This document shows positions 53,098-64,000 of a stretch of DNA of 64,000 nt, in pieces (position 1 is the first letter of the stretch; every line of letters begins with the position of its first letter). Source of the stretch: Spongospora subterranea f. sp. subterranea (lineage: Eukaryota). Made by a program: the position numbers and the translations under genes. A model generated the notes under the pieces. The model made no database searches. It saw nothing but the letters and a program-made list of their open reading frames with translations, and was not told the DNA's origin. The stretch spans positions 62,001 to 126,000 of the forward strand of contig JAUGWO010000042.1 in assembly GCA_049724395.1 (NCBI GenBank). Direction: 5' to 3'.

Positions 53098-54632
53098 ATG
53101 CCTCATTCAGCGGACGAAGTTGAGCGGGTAAAGGTTGAGATGATGTTTTGGTTCAAACAGGAACTGCGCCGAAGAGATGCAAAAATCAAGACTTTGCAAC
53201 AGACACAGGCTCTTTCTTTAGAAGAGAACAAAGCCGCACTTGAAAGCCAGAATTCTGATCGGATTCGGGTTATGATGGAAGAATACGAATCCAAACTAAT
53301 ATCAGAAAGGGTTACGAATACTGAATTGCAGCGAAATTATGTGCAAGTAATCCAAGAAAGGGATTTGATGTCGCGTAGGTTAAGGGACCAGAGCACTGCA
53401 ATCCAAAACAACTGGGATTGGATTATAGCTCAAGAAGCAATGGATGACCAATCTATGCTGAATGATGTTATCACCGAATCGCAACAGAAAATAAAACAGG
53501 CAGAAGTGAAATCTGCAGAAACCTGTTGTGGTGGCATGATTGATGCCGAGGTATTGCAGTTGAAGAGAGACTATAGTAATCAAATTGAGATCAATCAACT
53601 GACAAAGCAGTCGTTGGAGGCCAAGATTATTGAAATTAAACAGCTCGATGAGTTGCTGACGAAGGAGAAGGAAGATAAACAAAAACAGATTTCTAATCTG
53701 CAAGTATGGTTTCATAGCTGATTATGGTGATTCTAGTTTGATGATACATGTGTAGAACCAATTGGACAACACTACAGAGCAGAACAATGCAAAGAATACA
53801 CTGCTTATTGAAGACGAACGGCAGCGGGCACAAGAAGCTATTAGCGAAAGGTAAAGGGTTTAATCACGATCCGGCCTGGCTTTCAAGGTATTCTTAGGAT
53901 AAAATTGAAAAACGATTTAGTTCAAATGACCATTGATTTGGAAAAAGCTAGACACGATTCGTCAGATGCCATCCAAGCGAAAAATCAACTTGGAGAGAGA
54001 CATCAGCTCGAACTTCAAGCTCAGGCACAGTTAGTTGACCAGATACTGATATCGAGTGAAACTCATCAAATACATTCACTATTAGGAGCGCTCAAGAACA
54101 ACTTCACAAAGCGTCGAGCGAGTTAGATATGGCTGTCTCCGAGCTGCAACTTTATCAGAGATGAATACAACCAATTATACAGGTTGGCTGTCGATCAGTT
54201 GATAGAACACAGAATAATTTGAGCAATGTTATAGAGAGAATCAAATATCTCATCAACGAGAATGCGATACAAGGAATAAGTTAAGTGAATTGAAATCGCG
54301 AATGGAAAGTCAATCAATGCAAGCAAGGCTGGATCATGATGCCCAAACCACGTACCTTGGACCATTTTTCAGTACTGATATTGTGCAATCATTGATGTTT
54401 GTCTAGATTGAGGCGTATACAAGCTCGCCGAATACAGCAATTCAAAGGAGTGCTTGGGAAGAACGGAATCCATGTGTTTGCTGACGAGTTAATTCCAGCC
54501 GACAATCACGAGGCTGACGGAACAAAACCGAACTTAAACAACATGAAAAACATTACAACCACAAAGAAAAACCGTGAAGGTGAAATTACTGGAAGCAGAA
54601 TAAAAAAAACTCCAACAAAAAATAGCAAGTAA
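53098..54632 (+). CDS. Coiled-coil protein, multi-exon
   Basis: Heptad-rich ORFs 53089-53721, 53905-54126 and 54399-54632 joined by GT-AG introns. Confidence 0.7.
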
Positions 54633-54881
54633 AATCAAGATTGAGCTCAACAAACTCGGCGTCTAACGAAATGCATTGAAATGTAGTTAAAAAGCATAAA
54701 AGGTGATAATCTTTATTGATAATAAACACATTCGCGGTTTAATTCGAGGCCGATGTTGTTGTATTGTTGAATCAACCGCGGTTGCCAATTGGGTCAGAGT
54801 CAACGACTGCACTGTTGAAACACTGGCCGGTCAGATGCGCCAATAAACCCAATTCGACAAGAGTCCGCATATTGATCAGCA

Positions 54882-55852
54882 ATGCCGTCATCGCAATCCG
54901 ATTCCCCAAGGCCATCTTTCTCCGACAAGATTACTCGGTTTGTTGACGATAACCTTCGACTGATCCGTACTTCGTCGGTGATATTGCCCTGCTTGGGTGT
55001 GGCGCTGTTGGCTCACAATTATGGTCTGTTCACTCGCTATAATAGTTGGTCTGAAGCAGCACGTAAGAAGGGCTTTACTGTATTGTTGACATTGTGTTTC
55101 AACCATGATATGTGATAACCACATTATGCTAGGCTTTTGTGGGCCATGTACAATCAGAAGGCAATGCTGTTCATCTGTATCTCTACAGCTCTACCGTTTT
55201 CCACCGTGCCTTTTTTCGGACTCCTTCTGTTCTATCGCCATCACAGACATTACGCGCAACGTATGAGCTTTTGATAGAAGAACGAAAGTGGCTCATTTTC
55301 AAGTGATTTGTCAGCTTAGCGATGGTTCAACCAGTCGACTCATTTGCCGCTAGAGACATTACAAAGCAGTTGTTATTCGGAAGGTCAGGCATTAATTCGT
55401 TGCCTGAATGAATATCTAAACTTGAGTTCAGAACCGCTCGCATTGTTTGTGCCAATCAAACAGCAAGCAGTATTCAGTCGACTAGCGCAATTGAACCGGT
55501 GTTTGTTTATCGGGGTATCGGTGGTTTTCAATGGGACGTCGGCGAAAGCTTGATAAGGCGTGGTGCTGCTGTTGTCGTTAAATCACCCAACGACCTTCAT
55601 CCATCACCTGCGGTACACAATTCGGCACATTGAACTCGTGCTTTGCGTTTTGTTAAACATCTGTAAAGGTAGTGGCCAGGTACTGCAGAGCTCAGGAATG
55701 GGCTAAATTTCGTGGAAGAGGAGTATGGGCGGGATCTGGAAGTGTAAGTGACATGTGCATGTTGATATGGTGCTTGATTTCTATGATGTTAGATGATTCA
55801 AATCCAATCACTTTGGAGATTAATATCAAGCTGGTTAGTAAGACATAGATGA
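54882..55852 (+). CDS. C3orf33-like / staphylococcal-nuclease-fold membrane-anchored protein
   Basis: VDDNLRLIR + TM helix; ..TLRATLAMVQP; WDVGESLIRRGAAVV; AQEWAKFRGRGVW SNase C-terminal pattern. Confidence 0.65.
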
Positions 55853-56279
55853 TAAATAATTCGCTCCATAAAATAGTGATGTTGCGACAATAAAAATTCT
55901 CTTAATAATAATCCCAAACATTTCTGCCTCGTCGGCATTCATCTTTCAACTCATGAACATGCTTGTACCTATGTATTAGCCATTCAGCTCCCAATCAACT
56001 TTAACCAAGTATCATTTATCAAAATACCCCTTGTGTTTATTCACAACGTAAACAATGAAATAGCTAATGACAATAGACGACATTATTCGGGTCGGTTTTT
56101 AAGCCCCACATACGATCATTTTCAGTTCTGTTCATTCATTCTTCAACAGTCGTTCTGACGGTTCGGTTCTGTTATACGTCCAATGTTGGGGCAAACTGAG
56201 TCACTAACGACAGTATAACAGCGATACAGATGCTTAAATGACCGGATTGATTTTCTTCAATGCTGAAAGAAGCAGCTTT

Positions 56280-57423
56280 TTTGTAGCCGCAGATGCCATG
56301 TTTTTAACCGTCCTATTAGTGGTTGTTCAATGCAAAATGCTTTGGTTTTTTCTAAAAAGAGTCAGGTGACAACCACAATCAACTGCTCAATTTGGAATAA
56401 GCGCTTATATTTCAGAACATTTGAAAAAAATCTACTTCTATTTTCCAATACCTTCCTAAATCAAGCATGCACGACCCGAACACTATCAAAGGCTATATAA
56501 AAGGTGAATTTCTTCGACATTTAAGAAACAATTCACTCGACTTTGACAGATTCCAGCAGACTAGCCGATTCTACTACCTTCGAGGAGAGCGCCGTTTTTT
56601 GGTAGAGGTAACGGTACGCTTTGTGTTTCTTGAAGAAGCGTTTTGTTGATGCTTTCCTTTGTCGGCGTTCGACAGATTTTGGGTTCTCCTTGTTACACGC
56701 TGAAGGCGAAGTTCTCAAACCGAGTTCTCAAACCGCCTCGAACATTCTTTGGTTTCATCGAATTCTGTTTTATGGCCTGACGAATTATTTTGGTAAGATC
56801 TGCTCGAGGCTCGAGTTAGTTGAATGATTGCTTGATCTGCAACTCGTTTCTCATCTGCTTTACGTTGTCTTTCAGTTTCACAACCACCTCCCGTTGAACT
56901 TTGCTAATACTTCCGATATTCATATCCTAGGTCTCGGAGCTAAATTCATTCCTCGCCCTGCTAAACCTGCTTCTAAAAATTACTTAAATTTGCTAGAACA
57001 AAATAAGTCAACGAATAAAGATTAAAGATTGATTAAGAAATATTCCCAACTCAAACGAATTACGAGCCTTCCTAAGAAGAGCACTTTCATCCTGGACTCC
57101 TAGTCAGCTTTCAATACAAGGTTTCTCCATGATCACACACATCAACCAATGTGTTAAGAAGATCAAAGATGGACGCACACTACCATTATCAAGCCAAGCC
57201 ATCTTTTTTACAATGTAAAAAAATCACCCTACGCCTGAAGATCGTCGCTGCAGACAAAAACGGTTATAAATGTCCATTGCGACTAGACCTGTGTTTTGTC
57301 TGCAGCGACGATTTTCAGGCGTAGTTAATGATTTGAACTTTTACATTTGTAAAAAATATGGCTTGGATTTGATGAAAGTCGTGTGCGTTCATCTATGAGT
57401 TTCTTGACACATTGGTTGATGTG
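56280..57423 (+). mobile_element. Degenerate Penelope-like retroelement relic with inverted duplication
   Basis: FQYLPKSSMHDPNTIKGYIKGEFLRHLRNNS (RT C-terminal), ILGLGAKFIP and LKIVAADKN (PLE N-terminal motifs); imperfect inverted arms about 57138-57259 and 57294-57423. Confidence 0.75.
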
Positions 57424-58211
57424 TCTTGGATTTCACCATTGAGTTTTCCCCACAATTCGTGAAGTATGTATGTGTAGGTAAGGATTGGGGATAAATGCTA
57501 TAGGGTTGGGAGGGACCGCTTGGCTAGTCGCTCTCGATGTCATCGTTATCCGCTAGTTGTTATGTACGACAGTCTGGCAAGCGAAGTTACTCTTTTTCAT
57601 GATCATCTTAAAGATGGTGATGTTAAGATCGAAATGGCACTTTTTGTACGAGTTTGACAAGTCGGGGACACGAGGCGCATCATTGAACGCTCTAAATATA
57701 ACTGGTGATCGGATTCCAAACTTCGTATAAATTGTTTGCATGGGTCGGTGGAGAAGTTGAACTGGGCATGTGAAGATATACGAAAATAGTGGGGTTTTTC
57801 AATAGCCCTTTCACCCTTTCTTCCCCATTTTTCTGACATCACTCTGTCTCTTCTTTTTCTCTTGCTCAACTCGTGAAGGAAACACTGTACTGTACACGCA
57901 AGCTGCAGAGAAACATTAACTCGCAAAGGGAGGAGTGACAGAAGATGGCTGAAGATGGAACTAGTATAACACTCTGATACTGTACGACGTTTGCCCCTGC
58001 AATGAATTCACTCTACTGTATACTTACAATGCATTTGACTTATGTGACATTTAAGTGTACATTCGTTAATATACCGCATTGCACACACGTCGCGGTCATG
58101 CTGCAACTTTCAGTCATTCAATTCCCATCAAATCATTGTTAGCAGAATATCTCGCTTTCTTTTCCTGTTTAGAAGGCAAACTACTGTTTGCTCCAGTTTG
58201 TATTGGACCGT

Positions 58212-61200
58212 ATGCCATTGGATCAAGATGTGGTTATCGTGTTGCCAAAAAGCTCTGATGAAAGGGAATCAGAACATTCGCACCAAGTCATGAACGATCT
58301 GGTTTCGCCTGCAAATCTTGATGGGAAGTGCGGTTATGACGAAATTCAGGTCGGAAAGCAAGACACCACATGGTTACCGCCTGCCGAGTTTCCTCCAGGA
58401 TATGCCGAATTACCGAAAAATTCTTCTAAGCGAAAATCGGAGTTTATACATGAGGAGACTGCCGACCTTGTGCCATTTTCTACTCCGAGTGCAGATCTTA
58501 TAATTTCTTCTTCGGCTTGTGATTCAAATCATGATTATGACGAAGCGTCTTTGGTGAAACAAGGCGTCTTGCAGCTACCCGATGAATTACCTGCAGCATC
58601 TATCGAAAGCCCGTCTGAGCTCGGACAGGAGTGTTCAGAACAAGATATCGTCTCTATCGTTTCATCATCCACTACCAACGCGAACTCAACATCTTTTCAT
58701 CCTGATCCCGAATCGAATCGTGGTCATGGCGAAATAATTGTTGATCAAAACCCATGGCTGCCGCCCTCTGAGAACAATCTAATGTGCGAGGAACGTTATG
58801 ACGTCTCTTGCGGTCAGGAGTCCGGGTGTATGCCTCAAGTCGTGGTCCTGTCACCGTCCACAGCTTCTCCGAATAAGGATTCAAATAACGACGGACAAGA
58901 TGAGAATCTTCGAGATTTTGATATACCCCAAGTGCCCAGTGGGCGTTCTCCTGGATCCGACGAATTCAATGATCGCCATTCTCAACATAATCATGAGGGA
59001 CTAGAGCAAAATGACGGTATGTCTCAGGCGTGTTCTCCGGAGGGTCAAAATTTATCCATTCCTGCTGCTAATTCCCCCGACCCATTGTATGACGCAAACA
59101 GAAAACTTAAGAACACCGAAGAACTTGTCTCTCATCATACAGATACTATAATTCAACATGCGGATGACGCTATCCAGACCTTGTCAGCTCTTGATGCTAT
59201 TGACGTTGGTCAAACAGAAGAAGCCAGGACGCGTTTTATCCCGGTTATATGCGAGCAAGAGGTAGAAAGAAACCAAGTCTCCCCTAAAAGAGAGGGGTGT
59301 TTATCATCAGCGCCCAAAGCATCGTTGCAAGAAAGGGTTGTTTCCAAGCAGTGGAAGGAACGGACATTGGCTTATGAAGAACTTGCCCAAGCCATCATTG
59401 CATCACCAGCTGCAGACATGTATGCGCATCATGACTCCAAAATCGAGGTTTGCTGAAGTTGTTCTTTTCAGAGACTCGTTTGTTGAATATTGCCAACTTC
59501 TTCCTTCGATTGCTGCTGATACAAATGCGTGCGCCAAAACGAAAGGCTTGGCAGCTTGCCTTGCGCTTGTCAATAAGCTTTCCATTTCCTTTGATCAAGC
59601 AACGACCCTATCAAAAATTCTGGTTTCTGATTCTTTCAAAGGAAATACACGCCACACAAAGTGATGCCCAATCTGTGATGCTGCAACTCATAGAAAGAGG
59701 ACATATAACGCCAGTAATTGATGCAGTTCTTGACGGTGCGGATAGCAAAATTGCTAAAGTTGCTTGCGCTTCGATCCAATGTATCATTTCTGCCGTCGAG
59801 GTTCGTTGTCGTAATTTGATTATATCACAAGTAACGGTTCGATATGGTTACAGGAGTTTGGCTTGACTTCTCTTCCGGCCCACATCATAGAAACTCGAAT
59901 TTGCGGTATGCTAAGCCATCAAAGCGACGCCGCAAGGTCTCTTGCTGTTAAACTCTGTGGGGTTATGTACTCTTTAAGGGGTGTCTCGTTTCAAGATTGT
60001 ATTGCTCGCATGCAACTAAAATCCTCGCAGGAGAAGGTGATGCTTGAATGACGAAAATGGTTTCAAAGAGTGTCTGATTTTTCTGCGCTAGGAACTTCAA
60101 TCGCTTTTTGGGAGCACAATCGTCCAACAATCTCATCCAAAACGACAGATTTTGCTGGCTGACGGTTCTGTTCCTGCAAAAACGCAGATGAAAATGCCGT
60201 TTTCGACATCAAGTGATGAGCGAGATATATTTGCACGTATCCCAGAAAACTGGCTCTCTGAAATGAAGAGCGTGCACTGGAAAGAACGAAAGGTAAGACC
60301 GAATTTTAAGCACTCGTGTTTTTTTGAAAAGAATTTTAGGCCGCCATTGAATTTCTCGTCGGGATTACTTCAAAAGTTCAAATCAAATGGGTTCCTGAAG
60401 TTGCTGATATTCTTGACGCAGTAATTGCTCAACTTAGCGATACTAACATCATGATTCTAGCTCAAGCTATTTCTGCACTCTCAAATTTCGCGGATGGTCT
60501 TGCTTCTAGCAAGTTCGTCAGCTTCGCCTTGCTGGCTTTTCCATTAATTGTTTCGGCACTTAAAGAAAAAAAGCCACATGTTTCCGCCCCAGCACTAGCA
60601 TTTTTGAACGTTTTTGTTGAAAAGGTCTTGGACGGTTTATGTTGCAGTCTATGAAACTTATTTGGTTCCTGTATTAGGTCGTACAGCTCGACCTATCTCT
60701 AGTACTTGATGACATTGTTGCTGCTCTTAATCACAAAGTTCCGAAGATCATAAAGTGACATTTTACTGTGGCTTTCGGAAGTTTTACCGAAATGCTATTC
60801 TTGTGCTTCTCGTAAAGGATTTGCTGAAACTTTAGGTCCTGCTATTGCTTCGAATCTTGAACATAGCTCTGCCGATGTCAGAGGCAATGCCCTCAGTGCT
60901 ATTGCTGCTTTGTCAGCTGTCGTGGGCGATAAAAACCCATTTATTCTTAAGTTCTTTCATGGTTTCGAGCAACGAGATCCCGCTAGGTTCAAAAAGATTC
61001 TATCAGTCGCCGCAGAGATAAGTGCAATCGTTCCAGAACCAAAATTATCCGTCCAAGTGTTCAAAGAAAAGAAGGGGTTTCTTGCAATCAAACAGGATAT
61101 TTCACCAAACACAGCAGAAGATGGGCAACCGCGTTCTTCTTCCATACCTAAGGCAGTAGTCAAGAATCTTTCAGCTGCTAAGGCACCATGTTCTTCTCGC

Positions 61201-64000
61201 TCAGCTAGCCTTTCAGTTCCCAAAGACCGGCAAGGCGGTATTTCTTCGGATGCCTCACCTACTCAGGTCCGAGCTGTCAGTTCCGATGCTGTCAACGAAA
61301 CTGTGCTTCCCCCTCTTGCGTTTGAGGACGCAAAGCTCGCTTTTATTCAGTTCTTCCCCGAGTCCATTATGGATGATCTTGCCAGTAAACAGTGGAAAGA
61401 TCGCTTATCTGCTGTATCAACCATCAATGAACGGTTGGATGCCAAAAGTGCCACCGAACTTTGTATGCCGGTTATGTACGTATTTCATAAAACTCCAGGA
61501 TGGAAAGAAGTCAATATTCAGGTATCGCCGCACTTTGCGAATCAATTTTCGGATCTCAATTCTTACGCAGGTCGCATCACTAATGTTTGAGATAGTATCG
61601 AAACTGGCTTCCACATCTATTTGTTTCTCCAGCAAGCTCGCAGGGCTTCCTCTCGTTGCCGCCCTGACCAAGCTTGGAGATGCAAAAGTGGCCCCTTCAG
61701 CCCGTGACTATATTATCGCTTGCTGCGAAGCTCTTGGCCCGGAAACAGTCATTCCAATGGTGCTGTCGCGTGCTGAAACAATCAAAAACCCTAAAGCGCT
61801 CCAAGGCATCGCTACTACTATTGGATCAGCTGCGCGCGATTTCGGAGCGGGAACCATTCCGATAAAACTGACCGTTGCAGCATGTAAATCCTGGTTAGGA
61901 CACGCAGTTGTTGGAGTTCGTAATGACGCAACCGCTGCACTTGTTGAAATCTACAAACAGGCTGGGTCTCCCGCGATGCTGAACGCTATATTAGACGGCC
62001 TCAAACCGTCGCTTGCAAAAACTTTAGAAGCGGAATTGCGAACCATCACTCCCGGGGAACCTATCATACCCACTCGTTTCAAACGTGGCCAACAATCGGT
62101 TGGGCCTGTCTCTGCAGCAAAAACAGGAGACAATCTTATCGATCGTGTCGATATCAGCAGCAAGATAACCAGCAAAATTCTTAAACAAATGGAAAGCGAA
62201 GCCTGGAAGGATCGGAAAGAAGCGCTCGATGCGGTAACTCGCATCCTTGATGAGGCTCGCCATGCTATACAGCCGAATATCAAGAATCTATTGAAGGCTG
62301 TCCTTGTTCGCGCTAATGATGCGAACAAATTGCTAGTCCTTACTGCTCTTTCTGTAGTCCGTACCCTTGGTGACGACATCGGTCCTTCTGCCGTACATAA
62401 ACATGCGAAGGCAGTTGTTCCTGTAGTTATGATGCTTGCTGCGGATAGTAAGAAACATATTGCTGCCGAAGCCAGAGGAGCAATTCTTGCATGGATACGC
62501 GAAAATGGGCTGCATGCCGCCCTTCCATCAATTTCAAAAACTCTGGAGTCTCATCCGATCTTACGTGAAGGAGTCCTGGAAGTGTTGTTGCAGCGTTTTG
62601 CTGACGAGATTCCGGATACTTCAGTAGCGCAACCTCTTCTTCATGCCACTTTTTCATGCCTTCAAGATAAAGTTGTTGCTGTCCGCTTTGCATCTGAGAA
62701 GCTGGCTGCCCTTTTTGTTGCTAGCCTTGGGTCTGCATTCGTCAGGGCTGAAGCGTTATCGTTATCTCGCACAGCACAATTGACTGTTCTACCAGTCATT
62801 GACAAAGTACAGGACAAAGGCAACTCCAACGAAGGGTCCACGAATCGCAATGATCCAATTCCTGTAATACTTTCTAGCACCAGGCGCGCAACGCAGAAAT
62901 CTTCTATTCCAGTTGTGAATCCTTCTCAAGTTCAAAAGGCACCGTCCGGTGTACCTCCTCGTAGGACGCTTTCTCGTACGTTGCGCAAGCGTAAGCCATT
63001 TGAAGGTGCAAAACGAGTACTCAAACGCTCTAAAAGTGTTGAACCTGCACCGGTGGCGAAATCCGACTCCGGCGATGACCCTTGTGATCTTCGTTTGTCT
63101 GATTATAAGTCGATTTGCAGTCGTCGAGAAAGCCGCTGGCGACAAGGACAGATTGGGTTTCAAGAGTGGTCAACTGCGGATATATTTCACCTGAATGAGC
63201 TTCTGGTTCCATATACTTCATCGGCGCTTCATATGGCGATGTTTTCTGACGATTTTCAAAAGCACGTTTCAGCGATCGATACCATTGAACTATCTACTCG
63301 TTCATCTGTAGAAACTGTTAAGTCTCTATGCGATTTGTTGCTAATGTGGTCTTCCTTTCGAATAGCAGAAGATAAAACTCAGGTCGTTGTGAAAGCAATC
63401 GCACTATGTACTACGATTATCTCTTCATGTCCATCCATCGACGAGTACGACGCCAATTGCTTCATGCCTGTCGTAGTTGAAAAGCTGCTTGGTCACAACA
63501 AGCAACCTCTCCGTTTTCGTGGTCGGGATGTTCTCAAGATTTCTTGTAATGTGTGGTCACCATCGTTAGTGGGAAGATTTCTTTTCGACGGCATCATGAC
63601 TTCAAAAAACAGCCGTGTAAAGTCAGCGTGTATGGACGAGCTTTGCCAGATGGCGGGTAACCATCCATTTGATTCTTGCGTTCCCAAAAAAACCTTACAA
63701 ACGGTGGCTGAATATGTTACAAATCATGATTCGTCAATTCGCAACGCAGCCATAGCGCTGTTGCAAAAAGGGTTTGCTGATTTAGGCGATTCCACATTTT
63801 GGTCACGTTTGGGTACCGATATTTCTGAGCGTAGTCGCTCAGCAATCGACAAGCTTTTGAAAAAAGGAGCCGCTTCACCACGCGTCGCCCCCGTTTCGCG
63901 TTCTCGTAGCAGGACCGTCGATCCCATAACCTCTGCTGCTGCATCGCAGCTCCTGTCTGATCCGATGAATGAAACTAGTATTGCGGCTATCAACAGAACA
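58212..64000 (+). CDS. CKAP5: XMAP215/ch-TOG/MOR1 microtubule polymerase (multiple TOG domains), 3'-truncated by window end
   Basis: Repeated TOG starts SKQWKER, SVHWKERK, SKQWKDRL, SEAWKDRKEAL; ADTNA, LKEKK, HKVP, PGWKEVNIQV, KNPK motifs; two apparent +1 frame breaks at 59662 and 60756. Confidence 0.9.

Noticed and set aside
48000..57960. Hammerhead or twister ribozymes near the PLE relics
   Set aside because: CTGANGA hits lacked a correctly placed GAAA and stems, and GTTACAAGC at about 49085 lacks twister pairing.

Overview
This is a gene-dense eukaryotic nuclear window with short (mostly about 40-60 nt) GT-AG introns and roughly 45% GC. Cilium-associated genes (JHY-like, FAM227-like) indicate a flagellated protist. 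The architecture would fit a plasmodiophorid/rhizarian such as Spongospora, but that is inference. About 35 protein-coding genes are recognisable, including SmD2, FHA-parvulin, RPS30, RPS23, SAHH, EI24, TPI, alpha-SNAP, GPx, Rxt3, WBP11, FSH1, eIF4G, SerRS, a PQ-loop transporter, SF3B6, calmodulin, a PRPS-like gene, syntaxin-6 and XMAP215. Mobile DNA comprises a TA-flanked 355-bp MITE, two Penelope-like retroelement relics with inverted duplications, and a gypsy RNase H scrap. The most notable observations are: (1) two +1 reading-frame breaks in the otherwise intact XMAP215 gene, both at AAG-TGA, which are either stop-codon-associated frameshifting or assembly indels; (2) an intronless Tse2-type ADP-ribosyltransferase toxin gene; (3) a dense Myb-site (YAACKG) and hairpin cluster upstream of SAHH, echoed upstream of the PQ-loop transporter; (4) a TPI with a putative mitochondrial presequence; (5) a catalytically divergent PRPS; (6) a Dam1-like kinetochore gene. 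Gene models were spliced by eye and family calls rest on motif recognition; no database searches were run.
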